From Oscillospiraceae bacterium (GTDB lineage Bacteria; Bacillota; Clostridia; Oscillospirales; Acutalibacteraceae), in NCBI GenBank assembly GCA_015066625.1, contig SVOC01000012.1, positions 3,123-67,122 on the forward strand: a stretch of 64,000 nt of DNA, given 5' to 3'. The notes under the pieces are model-generated. The model was not told the DNA's origin and did no database searches. It saw only the letters and a list, made by a program, of their open reading frames with translations. This document shows, piece after piece, positions 27,066 to 36,561 of the stretch (positions are counted from its first letter, which is position 1; each line of letters begins with the position of its first letter). A program made the translations under genes and the position numbers.

Positions 27066-28421
27066 ATGGAAAATTTTGAAATCCTTCTTGAACAGATAAT
27101 TGAGCTTGCAGAAAAGGGCGAAATTTCCGCACTGCGTGAAATGCTCAGTGAAATCAACGTTGTTGACGTTGCTCTGCTTATCGAGGAGCTTGAAACCAAA
27201 AACAGACTCAGAACCTTCCGTGTTCTGCCCAAGGATATATCTGCGGAGGTTTTCTCATACCTTGAATCCGAAACCCAGGCGGAGCTTGTGCGCTCAATCA
27301 CGGATGCCGAACTTGAACGTCTGCTCGATGAAATGTTCCTTGATGATACGGTTGACTTTCTTGAAGAAGTGCCTGCAAGCGTTGTAACCCGTGTTCTTGC
27401 ACATTCGGACCCCGAAACACGAAAGCTGATTAACCGTTTCCTCAAATATCCCGAGGACTGCGCAGGCAGCCTTATGACCATCGAAATGGTTCACCTTCGC
27501 ACAACTCTCACAGCGGCTGAGGCTATCGATAAAATAAGAAAAACAGGCGTAGACAAAGAAACCGTCTACACCTGCTATTGCATTGATCGTGAGCATCATC
27601 TTCTGGGAAGCATCCCCCTGCTTTCGCTTCTGCTTTGCGAGCAGGATACCCTCGTGGGCGATATTATGGAGGACGATGCACAGCTTATTTCCGTCAACAC
27701 TCACGACGACCGTGAGTATGTTGCGGATATAGTTAAAAAGTACGACCTTCTCAGCGTACCCGTTGTTGACAACGAAAACCGCCTTGTAGGCATTATCACC
27801 GTTGACGATATCGTTGACGTTATTGAAGAAGAAACCACCGAAGACTTTGAGAAGATGGCTTTGCTTGCCCCTTCGGATGACGAATATCTGAAAACAGGTG
27901 TTTTCAAGCTTGCCAAAAACAGAATTTTATGGCTTCTCATCCTTATGATTTCGGGCACCTTCACGGGCAAAATCATTGAGGGCTACGAAACCCTGCTTGC
28001 AGGCTTTGTTGCACTGACAGCCTCGATGCCTATGCTTATGGGTACGGGCGGTAACGCAGGCAGCCAGGTATCAACCCTTATCATCCGCGGTCTTGCGGTT
28101 GGCGAAATTGAAATAAGCGATTACCTTAAAATCGTTTTCAAGGAACTGAGGGTTGCTTCAATCTGCGGCGCGGTGCTTGCGGCGGCAAACATACTGAGAA
28201 TGTATCTTTTCAGCGAAGGCACGTTTCAGGTATTCCTTGTTGTTTCAATCGCAATGTTCTGCGCAATCGTTGTGGCAAAGCTTATCGGCTGTTCACTGCC
28301 TATTTTCGCTAAAATCATCAAGCTTGACCCTGCACTTATGGCAGGTCCCATGATTGCGACTCTGGTTGACATCGTTACTCTTGCTATCTATTTCGGACTT
28401 GCAAAACTCTTTTTAATATAA
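27066..28421 (+). CDS. mgtE: Magnesium transporter MgtE
   Basis: N-domain, tandem CBS domains and a C-terminal 5-TM domain with GNAGSQ and PMIATLVD motifs. Confidence 0.95.
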   Translation: MENFEILLEQIIELAEKGEISALREMLSEINVVDVALLIEELETKNRLRTFRVLPKDISAEVFSYLESETQAELVRSITDAELERLLDEMFLDDTVDFLEEVPASVVTRVLAHSDPETRKLINRFLKYPEDCAGSLMTIEMVHLRTTLTAAEAIDKIRKTGVDKETVYTCYCIDREHHLLGSIPLLSLLLCEQDTLVGDIMEDDAQLISVNTHDDREYVADIVKKYDLLSVPVVDNENRLVGIITVDDIVDVIEEETTEDFEKMALLAPSDDEYLKTGVFKLAKNRILWLLILMISGTFTGKIIEGYETLLAGFVALTASMPMLMGTGGNAGSQVSTLIIRGLAVGEIEISDYLKIVFKELRVASICGAVLAAANILRMYLFSEGTFQVFLVVSIAMFCAIVVAKLIGCSLPIFAKIIKLDPALMAGPMIATLVDIVTLAIYFGLAKLFLI

Positions 28422-28427
28422 CTTTTC

Positions 28428-28453
28428 AAGGACAGTCACGGCTGTCCTTTTTC
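28428..28453 (+). terminator. Rho-independent terminator of mgtE
   Basis: Hairpin AAGGACAG-tcacgg-CTGTCCTT followed by TTTTC. Confidence 0.8.
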
Positions 28454-28458
28454 ATTTG

Positions 28459-28487
28459 TTGACGGGCAAAAAAAGAAGTGATATTAT
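28459..28487 (+). promoter_or_regulatory. Sigma-A-type promoter (distal)
   Basis: TTGACG-N17-TATTAT. Confidence 0.55.
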
Positions 28488-28578
28488 ATAAACGGATAAA
28501 ATATACTTCAAAAACGGAATGTAAACCCGACTTTACACTGTTTTTTACAGATTTTTGCCAAATGTCCACCAAAGTTGG

Positions 28579-28607
28579 TTGATTAAACCGTCGTTCGGGG
28601 CTATAAT
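28579..28607 (+). promoter_or_regulatory. Sigma-A-type promoter (proximal)
   Basis: TTGATT-N17-TATAAT, 25 nt upstream of the 28633 start. Confidence 0.65.
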
Positions 28608-28632
28608 TCGGGCAAGGAGGACGAAAACAACT

Positions 28633-30225
28633 ATGAATATATCCGAGAAAATACTAAAACTGAGAAAAGAAAAGGGATTGTCGCAGGAAGCCTTTGCAGA
28701 AAAGCTGGGCGTATCAAGACAGTCCGTTTCGAAATGGGAATCAAGCGGGGCTTTGCCCGATATAGATAAAATCATTGCAATGAGTGAGCTTTTCGGCGTT
28801 TCCACAGATTACCTTTTAAAGGATGAGCTGCCCGAATCGGAAGAAGCACCGGTACCCGAAAATGAAGAAGAAATTGAAGCCGTTGAGGTTGAACCTGCCG
28901 AAACGCCCGTTGAAAACGTTTCCGAACCCAAGTCCAGAAACAAGTGGATGAAAACAGCCGCAATAATCCTTGTTATTGCCATTGCATTTACCGCAATAGC
29001 GGTGCCCACCTATTTCGGCGGAATAAAAAATATGTGGTATGAGGCAAACGGCGGCAAGCTGAGCTACCCTTATGTGCTTGTTCACGGTCTGGGCGGCTGG
29101 GGCGAGGGCAACAGCATCAACGATATGGCTCAGTATTGGGGCGGCGGAAGCTCCGACCTGAAAAAGGTGCTGGAGGCAGAAGGGTACGAGGTATATACTC
29201 CCGGTGTCGGCCCCGTTTCAAGCGCCTGGGACAGAGCCTGCGAGCTTTATGCACAGCTTGCGGGTACACGGGTTGACTACGGCGAAGCCCATTCAAAAGA
29301 GCACAACCACAACCGATACGGCAGAACCTATACCGAGCCCCTTATTGCAAACTGGGGCATGAAAATGAACGGCGGTCAGACCGTCAAAATAAACCTTGTG
29401 GGCCATTCCTTCGGCGGTGCAACAGTAAGACTTCTCACCTCTCTGCTTGAATACGGCAGTGAAGCGGAAATGCAGGCAGGCGGAGAAGATACCTCGCCTC
29501 TTTTCACAGGCGGCAAGGGCAATTATGTTCACTCCGTAACCGCACTGTGTGCACCTCACAACGGCTCATCTCTTACCGAGGTGCTCAACACCGTGGGCAG
29601 CACTCTTGGCGTTACAAACACAACAGATATGCTTATGACTCTCTGCTTCGGAGTTGCAGGCATTGCGGCACCGGTTGAAGGCATTTACGATTTCCGTCTT
29701 GACCACTTCGGCATTGATAAAATAGACCCAAAAAGCGCCATTGCGGCAGTTACCGCATCGGGTAATGACCATGCCGCATACGACCTTTCGCCCGACGGTG
29801 CGGCAGAGCTTAACAAAGAAATAAAAACCGTTGAAGGTGTTTATTATTTTTCATACGCTTACAGCACAACCCAGCAGGGCAAAATCCTCGGCAGGCAGGT
29901 GCCTCTGACCTCAACTCTGCCCATACTTTCACCTTTTGCGCTGGCAATGGGTCAATACAAGGGCACAACCGCAGGCGGAATAGAAATTGATGAATCCTGG
30001 CAGGAAAATGACGGCCTTGTGAACGTTGTTTCCGCAAGATATCCCGCAGGCGAGGAATATATGTCACTGCCCGAAAGCCCCGAAGATATCAGCCGCGGCA
30101 TATGGAACGTTGCACCCAAACGCACAGGCGACCACGGCACGGTTATCGGTCTTAACGCCAAAGCAGGCAAGACGAAGGAATTTTATATTGAGCTGTTCAC
30201 TATGATTGACAGCCTTGAAAGGTAG
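28633..30225 (+). CDS. XRE-HTH / transmembrane / alpha-beta-hydrolase lipase fusion protein
   Basis: Start at ATG 28633 (AAGGAGG RBS). HTH_3 region (LRKEKGLSQEAFAEKLGVSRQSVSKWESSG), acidic linker and one TM helix. The lipase-like domain has the VLVHGLGGWGEG oxyanion region and the GHSFGG nucleophile elbow. Confidence 0.8.
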   Translation: MNISEKILKLRKEKGLSQEAFAEKLGVSRQSVSKWESSGALPDIDKIIAMSELFGVSTDYLLKDELPESEEAPVPENEEEIEAVEVEPAETPVENVSEPKSRNKWMKTAAIILVIAIAFTAIAVPTYFGGIKNMWYEANGGKLSYPYVLVHGLGGWGEGNSINDMAQYWGGGSSDLKKVLEAEGYEVYTPGVGPVSSAWDRACELYAQLAGTRVDYGEAHSKEHNHNRYGRTYTEPLIANWGMKMNGGQTVKINLVGHSFGGATVRLLTSLLEYGSEAEMQAGGEDTSPLFTGGKGNYVHSVTALCAPHNGSSLTEVLNTVGSTLGVTNTTDMLMTLCFGVAGIAAPVEGIYDFRLDHFGIDKIDPKSAIAAVTASGNDHAAYDLSPDGAAELNKEIKTVEGVYYFSYAYSTTQQGKILGRQVPLTSTLPILSPFALAMGQYKGTTAGGIEIDESWQENDGLVNVVSARYPAGEEYMSLPESPEDISRGIWNVAPKRTGDHGTVIGLNAKAGKTKEFYIELFTMIDSLER

Positions 30226-30231
30226 GTTTTT

Positions 30232-30444
30232 ATGGGCACATCGGTTCTTTTGGTTTTTCTTGCACCGCTGATGGCACTTTATGCGGCAGTTGAAAATGCT
30301 TTCAGCTTGCTCGGCTTTGATTTTTTTGAAAAGCTGTCACAGTGGACAGCCGAAAATTCCGATAAAATCATTGAATTTCAGATTAAGGGAATGTACGTTC
30401 TTCAGTTTGTATTCGGTACATTCTATTCAATGATTTTTGATTGA
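30232..30444 (+). CDS. Small hydrophobic protein (hypothetical)
   Basis: 70-aa ORF starting 7 nt after the lipase fusion gene, with a purine-rich RBS. A terminator follows it. Confidence 0.45.
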   Translation: MGTSVLLVFLAPLMALYAAVENAFSLLGFDFFEKLSQWTAENSDKIIEFQIKGMYVLQFVFGTFYSMIFD

Positions 30445-30502
30445 TGAAGGAAGATTTATAAAGTCTGGCAGAACTTTTAAGAATCCTTCCGTAGCATTTC
30501 TC

Positions 30503-30534
30503 AGGGCAGCCCTTGCGGCTGTCCTTTTTCTTTT
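30503..30534 (+). terminator. Rho-independent terminator
   Basis: Hairpin GGGCAGCC-cttgc-GGCTGTCC followed by TTTTTCTTTT. Confidence 0.7.
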
Positions 30535-30590
30535 GATTGACTTTCAAAGAAACGGATGTTATGATAAAATCAGAATTTGTAACTGGAAGG

Positions 30591-31181
30591 ATGAAGAAAA
30601 TGAAATGTGATTTTTGCGATTGTAACGTAAAAAAAGATGACGAATTCTGCCCCCATTGCGGCAAACAGCTTATAGAAAAAGACAAGCCGTCAGATAAATC
30701 CGAAAAATTCGGAAAAACTCTTCGCTTTTACGATTACAAGGATGGTCTTGCCCTGCAATCTGTTTCCTTTGTTCTTTTAGGTCTGGTCATTATCGCGGCA
30801 ACCGTGTATTTCATAGCCGACTTCAGTTATTACTCTTTTTATTCCTCTTCACGCATAATGAAGTGGCTCCTTTTTGCGGCTGTCGGCTTTTTGCTTGTCA
30901 TTATGGGAATTGTTTCGTTTTTCAGGATGAAAGGTTGTAGCGTTTCTCTGTGTGAAAACGGAATTTACGGCTATATCCCTGACGGGCTTTTCAAAACGGT
31001 TTATTTTGAGGTGTTATATGAGGACATCGAAAATGTTAAACGAAGCGGCTTCGGAACAGCACGTAACTCTCACCCCAAAATAATCATAAAAACCTCCGAC
31101 GATAAATTCACAATCAGTTTCCCTAAAAAAGAAAACACCGTTGACCTTTCGGAATGTTTTTACCGTATACTGGATATGTAA
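30591..31181 (+). CDS. Zinc-ribbon membrane protein (hypothetical)
   Basis: CDFC...CPHC zinc ribbon, two TM helices and a C-terminal soluble domain. Start chosen at ATG 30591 after a GGAAGG RBS. Confidence 0.55.
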   Translation: MKKMKCDFCDCNVKKDDEFCPHCGKQLIEKDKPSDKSEKFGKTLRFYDYKDGLALQSVSFVLLGLVIIAATVYFIADFSYYSFYSSSRIMKWLLFAAVGFLLVIMGIVSFFRMKGCSVSLCENGIYGYIPDGLFKTVYFEVLYEDIENVKRSGFGTARNSHPKIIIKTSDDKFTISFPKKENTVDLSECFYRILDM

Positions 31182-31245
31182 CCCGCATCTCCGATCCTCC
31201 TCCTTTGCCAAAGGAGCCTGAACCGTCATTTTCATCCCCGCTTCT

Positions 31246-31337
31246 GAAAATCCGACTTCAAGAAGTCGGAAAATCAAACTTCAAGAGTTCTGAAAATCAG
31301 ACTTCTTGAAATCGCAAAATCAAGCCCTAATAAGACT
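31246..31337. repeat. 23-nt tandem repeat, about 4 copies
   Basis: GAAAATC (CAAAATC in the fourth copy) recurs at 31246, 31269, 31292 and 31315, an exact 23-nt period. The unit is approximately GAAAATCMRACTTCWWGARNTYN, and the last copy is degenerate. Confidence 0.85.
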
Positions 31338-31454
31338 GAATATAATAATAACTACTTCATCAAGAACTATCTATCAATCTCACTTGACAGATGGGATTCG
31401 ATAGGTTTGCCGACAGGGTTATCCGTATATTTTATTTATATATTACATTTCACC

Positions 31455-31484
31455 AAAAAAGGCCGCTTTTTGCGGTCTTTTTTA
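31455..31484. terminator. Bidirectional terminator-like hairpin
   Basis: AAAAAAGGCCGC-ttttt-GCGGTCTTTTTT. Confidence 0.6.
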
Positions 31485-31497
31485 GTTGCGGATTGCA

Positions 31498-31526
31498 TTG
31501 ATTTTTTACATATTTTAGGGTATCAT
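31498..31526 (+). promoter_or_regulatory. Sigma-A-type promoter of glyQS
   Basis: TTGATT-N17-TATCAT. This leaves a leader of only about 30 nt. Confidence 0.55.
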
Positions 31527-31562
31527 ATAAAAGTAAAAATTTATAATGCGGGAGTTTTGGAT

Positions 31563-32945
31563 ATGATGAAGAACACAGACAAAACCATGGAAAAAATCGT
31601 TGCTCTCTGCAAGGGCAGAGGCTTCATTTTTGCAGGCAGCGAAATCTACGGCGGCCTTGCAAACACATGGGATTACGGCCCTCTCGGTGCAAGAATGAAA
31701 AACAACGTCAAGGATACCTGGCGCAAGCGTTTCATTCAGGAAAGAAAGAACAGCTACGAGGTTGATGCCGATATTCTCATGCATCCCAGAGTATGGGAAG
31801 CAAGCGGCCACGTTGCCAGCTTCTCAGACCCTCTTCTTGACTGTAAGGAGTGCAAAATGCGTCACAGAGCCGATAACCTTATCGACGACTTTGACCCCGA
31901 AGCACACGCAGACGGCATGACAAAGGAAGAAATGTTTGAGTATATCAAGGCTCATTCAATCCCCTGCCCCAAGTGCGGCAAGCACAACTTCACGGGCATC
32001 AGAGAATTCAACCTGATGTTCCAGACCTTCAGAGGCGTTACAAACGACAGCAAGAGCGTTATCTATCTCCGCCCCGAAAATGCTCAGGGTGAATATGTCA
32101 ACTACCTCAATGTTCAGCGAACAATGAGAGCAAAGCTTCCCTTCAGCATCGGTCAGATCGGTAAGGCTTTCAGAAACGAAATCACACCCGGTAACTTCAC
32201 ATTCAGAACAATCGAGTTTGAGCAGATGGAGTTCCAGACCTTCTGTAAGGAAGGCACAGACACCGAGCTTTACGATTACTTCAAGGAATACGGTATGAAG
32301 TATTATCAGGATCTCGGCATCAAGGCAGAAAACCTTCGTTACCACGACCACGAAAAGCTTGCTCACTACGCAAAGGCAGCCTGCGATATCGAGTTCCTCT
32401 TCCCCTTCGGCTGGGGCGAAATCAACGGCACACATAACAGAACCAACTTCGACCTTACAAGACATCAGGAATACAGCGGTCAGAAGATGGATTATCTCGA
32501 CCCCGAAACCAACGAGAAGTACATCCCCTTCATCATTGAATCAACCTACGGTCTTGACAGAACAGTGCTTGCACTTCTCTGCGAAGCTTATGATGAAGAG
32601 GTTATCGACGCTGAAAAGAACGACACAAGAGTTGTCCTTCACCTCAGCCCCGCAATCGCACCCTTCAAGGCAGCGGTTCTTCCCCTTTCAAAGAAGCTTT
32701 CACCCGATGCACTCAAGGTTTACGAAAAGCTGCAGAAGAAGTTTATGGTTGATTTTGACGAAACAGGCTCAATCGGTAAGCGTTACCGCCGTGAAGACGA
32801 AATCGGTACACCCATCTGCATCACCTTCGACTTTGACTCACTTGAAGACAACTGCGTAACCGTGCGTGACCGTGATACAATGCAGCAGGAGCGTATCTCA
32901 ATCGATGCTCTTGAAGATTACATTGCCGCACGCGTCAATTTTTAA
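31563..32945 (+). CDS. glyQS: Glycine--tRNA ligase (homodimeric class II type)
   Basis: IVALCKGRGFIFAGSEIYGGLANTWDYGPLG N-terminus and class-II motifs. Start set at ATG 31563 after a GGGAG RBS. Confidence 0.95.
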   Translation: MMKNTDKTMEKIVALCKGRGFIFAGSEIYGGLANTWDYGPLGARMKNNVKDTWRKRFIQERKNSYEVDADILMHPRVWEASGHVASFSDPLLDCKECKMRHRADNLIDDFDPEAHADGMTKEEMFEYIKAHSIPCPKCGKHNFTGIREFNLMFQTFRGVTNDSKSVIYLRPENAQGEYVNYLNVQRTMRAKLPFSIGQIGKAFRNEITPGNFTFRTIEFEQMEFQTFCKEGTDTELYDYFKEYGMKYYQDLGIKAENLRYHDHEKLAHYAKAACDIEFLFPFGWGEINGTHNRTNFDLTRHQEYSGQKMDYLDPETNEKYIPFIIESTYGLDRTVLALLCEAYDEEVIDAEKNDTRVVLHLSPAIAPFKAAVLPLSKKLSPDALKVYEKLQKKFMVDFDETGSIGKRYRREDEIGTPICITFDFDSLEDNCVTVRDRDTMQQERISIDALEDYIAARVNF

Positions 32946-32989
32946 TCAGCAGATAATTTCCAAGTTAAAAGAAAGGAATTTGAGTTTTT

Positions 32990-34369
32990 ATGAAAGTTAA
33001 TTTCACGGAAACAGTGCTCAGAGACGCCAACCAGTCACTTATCGCAACCAGAATGCCCTTCAAGGATTTCAAGCCCGTTCTTGAAAAGCTTGATAAGGCA
33101 GGTTACTACTCACTGGAATGCTGGGGCGGTGCAACATTCGACTCCTGCCTCCGCTACCTTGACGAAGATCCCTGGGAGAGACTCAGAAACATCAGGAAGG
33201 CTTGCCCCAACACAAAGCTTCAGATGCTCCTCAGAGGTCAGAACCTTCTCGGCTACAAGCATTACCCCGATGACGTTGTCCGTATGTTCATCAGAAAGAG
33301 CGTTGAAAACGGCATCGACATCATCAGAATTTTTGACGCACTCAACGATGTTCGTAATATCGAAGTAGCAGTTGATGAAACCCTCAAATGCGGTGCACAC
33401 GCATCGGGTACAATCTGCTACACAATCAGCCCCATCCACAATCTTGATAACTATGTTAAGCTCGCAAAGCAGATTGAGGCTCTCGGCGTTCAGTCAATCT
33501 GCATTAAGGATATGGCAGGCATTATGAGCCCCAAGGAAGGCTACGACCTTGTTAAGGCTCTTAAGGCAAACGTAAAGGTTCCCATCGTTGTTCATACACA
33601 CTCAACAACAGGTCTGGGCTTTATGACACTTCTCAAATGCGTTGAAGCAGGTGCAGACGTAATCGACTCCGCAATCTCCTGCTTCTCAGGCGGTACATCA
33701 CAGCCTGCAACAGAAACTCTCGTATACACTCTCAAGCAGTACGGCTACGAGGTTGACGTTGACGAAAACGTATGCAAGGAAATCAACGATTTCTTCAAGC
33801 CCATCCGTGCAAAGGCACTTGAAAGCGGTCTTCTCAACCCCGTTGTTATGGGCACACAGACCGACGCTCTTATCTATCAGATTCCCGGCGGTATGCTTTC
33901 AAACCTTGTTGCTCAGCTCACTGCACAGAAGAAGCTGGACAAGCTTGACGAAGTTCTTCTTGAAACTCCCAGAGTTCGTGAAGACCTGGGCTATCCTCCC
34001 CTTGTTACTCCCATGAGCCAGATGGTAGGCGTTCAGGCAACTGCCAATGTGCTTGCAGGCGAGAGATACAAGAACATCTCCAAGGAAGTAAAGAGCTACA
34101 TCAAGGGCGAATACGGTCAGGCACCCGGTAAGGTAAGCAAAGAACTCCAGAAGCTTGTTCTCGGCGACGAAGAACCCTTCACAGGCAGATTCGCAGATAC
34201 CCTTGCTCCCGGCCTTGACGAAGCAAAGGAATACCTTGGCGATAAGGCAAAGAGCATGGAAGATGTTCTTTCATACATCGCATTCCCTGCTCAGGCAGAA
34301 GCTTTCTTCGAGAAGCGCGAAGCAAAGAAGAACAGCACATTCACCTACACAATCACAAGAATTGACTGA
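32990..34369 (+). CDS. Oxaloacetate decarboxylase alpha subunit-type carboxyltransferase (no biotin domain)
   Basis: RDANQS, ECWGGATFD and LLRGQNLLGY motifs of the 5S/OadA/PycB carboxyltransferase family. Confidence 0.85.
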   Translation: MKVNFTETVLRDANQSLIATRMPFKDFKPVLEKLDKAGYYSLECWGGATFDSCLRYLDEDPWERLRNIRKACPNTKLQMLLRGQNLLGYKHYPDDVVRMFIRKSVENGIDIIRIFDALNDVRNIEVAVDETLKCGAHASGTICYTISPIHNLDNYVKLAKQIEALGVQSICIKDMAGIMSPKEGYDLVKALKANVKVPIVVHTHSTTGLGFMTLLKCVEAGADVIDSAISCFSGGTSQPATETLVYTLKQYGYEVDVDENVCKEINDFFKPIRAKALESGLLNPVVMGTQTDALIYQIPGGMLSNLVAQLTAQKKLDKLDEVLLETPRVREDLGYPPLVTPMSQMVGVQATANVLAGERYKNISKEVKSYIKGEYGQAPGKVSKELQKLVLGDEEPFTGRFADTLAPGLDEAKEYLGDKAKSMEDVLSYIAFPAQAEAFFEKREAKKNSTFTYTITRID

Positions 34370-34380
34370 GGAAGATAAAT

Positions 34381-34872
34381 ATGTTTGCAGATAAATTAGA
34401 ACTGACAATGTCAGAAACAATGCTGGTTGCAGTTGCAGGCATCATCGTAGTTCTTCTTGAACTTGCAATTCTTGCAGTCCTCATTGTTTTACTTTCAAAA
34501 ATATTCAGAGCCATTGAAGGTAAACTCAATTCATCGGCTGACGAAACACCTGCGGCGGCACCTGTTGCAGCTCCGGTTTCACCTGCCGCACCCGTTGCTC
34601 CCGTTGCAGCACCTGCTGTTGCGGCGGCAGGCGGCATTCAGCTTATTGATGTTGACGAGCCCACAGCGGCTGTCCTTATGGCAATCACAAGCGATAAAAC
34701 AGGCATCCCCCTTGAAAAGCTCAGCTTCAGGTCAATCAGACGCATTCCCGGCCCCGAGCTTATTAACGTAGACGAGCCCACAGCGGCAGCCATTATGGCA
34801 ATCATCAGCGATGAAAGCGGTATTCCGCTTGAAAGACTCAGCTTCAAATCAATCAAAAAAGTGGAGGAATAA
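34381..34872 (+). CDS. OadG-family small membrane subunit with a duplicated C-terminal motif
   Basis: N-terminal TM helix, Ala/Pro linker, then two copies of (I/L)(D/N)VDEPTAA..MAI.SD..GIPLE.LSF.SI. Confidence 0.65.
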   Translation: MFADKLELTMSETMLVAVAGIIVVLLELAILAVLIVLLSKIFRAIEGKLNSSADETPAAAPVAAPVSPAAPVAPVAAPAVAAAGGIQLIDVDEPTAAVLMAITSDKTGIPLEKLSFRSIRRIPGPELINVDEPTAAAIMAIISDESGIPLERLSFKSIKKVEE

Positions 34873-34877
34873 TCATT

Positions 34878-35297
34878 ATGAAATACGTTGTAAATCTTAA
34901 CGGTAAAGCATACGAAGTAGAGGTTGAAGAAACCGAAGCAGTTATCACAAACGTAGCAACAGCTACTGTTGCAACAACAGCACCCGTTGCAGCTCCCGCT
35001 CCCGTAGCTGCTCCCGCACCTGCAGCAGCTCCTGCTCCCGAAGCAGCTCCCGCTCCCGCACCCGTTGCAGCTGCTCCCGCAGACGGCACAAAGATTGCTG
35101 CTCCCATGCCCGGCACAATTCTTGCAGTCAACACAGCAGTAGGCTCATCAGTCAACGCAGGCGATGTTATCATCATCCTTGAAGCAATGAAGATGGAAAA
35201 CGAAATCGTTGCTCCCTGCGCAGGCACAGTTAAGCAGATCCTTGTATCAAAGGGCTCAACCGTTGATACAGATGAAGTTCTTGCAGTTATCGGCTGA
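34878..35297 (+). CDS. Biotin carboxyl carrier protein
   Basis: Ala/Pro-rich linker and the biotinylation motif EAMKMENEI. Confidence 0.9.
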   Translation: MKYVVNLNGKAYEVEVEETEAVITNVATATVATTAPVAAPAPVAAPAPAAAPAPEAAPAPAPVAAAPADGTKIAAPMPGTILAVNTAVGSSVNAGDVIIILEAMKMENEIVAPCAGTVKQILVSKGSTVDTDEVLAVIG

Positions 35298-35317
35298 TCT
35301 GAGGAGGATTCTCCGGA

Positions 35318-36511
35318 ATGGAATTTATTAAAGACATTGCTCTCGGAATATGGGAAAACTCAGGCTTTTCCATGCTTTTCACTCAGGAAGGCGGCTGGAA
35401 ATACGCCATAATGATTCTTGTTGCTTTCGTATTCCTTTATCTTGCCATCGCAAAGAAATTCGAGCCTCTTCTTCTTGTGCCCATTGCATTCGGCATTCTG
35501 CTTGCAAATATGCCCGGTGCAGGAATGATGGCAGACCCTACGGGTCTTATGGACACATCAAACATCGTTGAAGGCGCTCGTTGGTATGACTCGGGTGTTC
35601 TCAGGCTGATTTACGCAGGTGTAAAAAGTTCAATCTTCCCCTGCCTTATCTTCCTTGGAATCGGTGCTATGACGGATTTCGGCCCTCTGCTTGCAAACCC
35701 CGTCAGCCTTCTTCTCGGTGCGGCGGCACAGCTTGGTATTTACGTTGCGTTTGTTATTGCAATCCTTCTCGGTTTCACACCTCAGGAAGCCGCATCAATC
35801 GCAATCATCGGCGGTGCAGACGGCCCCACGGCAATTCTTGTTGCCTCAAAGCTGGCAGGTCATCTGCTTGCACCCATTGCACTTGCCGCATACTCTTATA
35901 TGGCACTTATCCCCATCATTCAGCCCCCTCTTATGAAGCTTCTCACCACAAAGAAGGAGAGAGAGGTTGAAATGAAGCAGCTCCGTAAGGTAAGCAAGGT
36001 TGAAAAGATAATTTTCCCCATAGTTGTTTTTGTTATCGTTGCTCTCATCCTTCCCGACGCTGCTCCCCTTATCGGTATGCTTATGTTCGGCAACCTGCTT
36101 AAAGAATGCGGCGTTACCGACAGGCTCAGCGACACCGCACAGAATGCACTTACCAACATCGTTACAATTATGCTTGGTGTTACCGTAGGTGCAACCGCAA
36201 ACGGCGTTGACTTCATTCAGATTAAGACGCTTATGATTGTTGCACTCGGTCTTTGTGCATTTGCATTCTCAACCGTAGGCGGCATACTTCTGGGTAAGGT
36301 TCTTTATGTTGTTACAGGCGGCAAAATCAATCCCCTTATCGGTGCGGCAGGCGTTTCAGCCGTACCCATGGCAGCCCGTGTTGCTCAGACAGAAGGCAGA
36401 AAGTATAATCCCACAAACTTCCTTCTTATGCACGCAATGGGTCCCAACGTTGCAGGTGTTATCGGCTCTGCCGTTGCGGCAGGCTTCCTGCTTCTTATGT
36501 TCCAGAAATAA
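35318..36511 (+). CDS. Na+-translocating decarboxylase beta subunit
   Basis: 397-aa polytopic membrane protein of OadB/GcdB/MmdB type ([20 protein letters not shown]). Last gene of the operon. Confidence 0.9.
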   Translation: MEFIKDIALGIWENSGFSMLFTQEGGWKYAIMILVAFVFLYLAIAKKFEPLLLVPIAFGILLANMPGAGMMADPTGLMDTSNIVEGARWYDSGVLRLIYAGVKSSIFPCLIFLGIGAMTDFGPLLANPVSLLLGAAAQLGIYVAFVIAILLGFTPQEAASIAIIGGADGPTAILVASKLAGHLLAPIALAAYSYMALIPIIQPPLMKLLTTKKEREVEMKQLRKVSKVEKIIFPIVVFVIVALILPDAAPLIGMLMFGNLLKECGVTDRLSDTAQNALTNIVTIMLGVTVGATANGVDFIQIKTLMIVALGLCAFAFSTVGGILLGKVLYVVTGGKINPLIGAAGVSAVPMAARVAQTEGRKYNPTNFLLMHAMGPNVAGVIGSAVAAGFLLLMFQK

Positions 36512-36518
36512 AAAATCA

Positions 36519-36549
36519 GCGGTCTGCAACTGATGCAGACCGCTTTTTT
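36519..36549. terminator. Bidirectional terminator
   Basis: Hairpin GCGGTCTGCA-actga-TGCAGACCGC followed by T6 on the plus strand, with a T-run on the minus strand too. Confidence 0.85.
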
Positions 36550-36561
36550 CGATAACCCGGC

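Noticed and set aside
26873-27481. 202-aa Ser-rich minus-strand ORF.
   Set aside because: It overlaps the mgtE leader and the well-supported mgtE N-terminus in antisense. It is low-complexity, has no RBS and matches no recognisable family.
31380-31562. Expected a glycine T-box riboswitch upstream of glyQS.
   Set aside because: The best promoter leaves a leader of only about 30 nt. I found no T-box sequence (AANNNGGGTGGTACCGCG-like) and no specifier or antiterminator architecture. The hairpin at 31455-31484 precedes the promoter.
34853-35227. 124-aa Ala/Gly-rich minus-strand ORF.
   Set aside because: It is antisense to the Ala/Pro linker of the biotin carrier protein, whose EAMKMENEI motif fixes the real frame.
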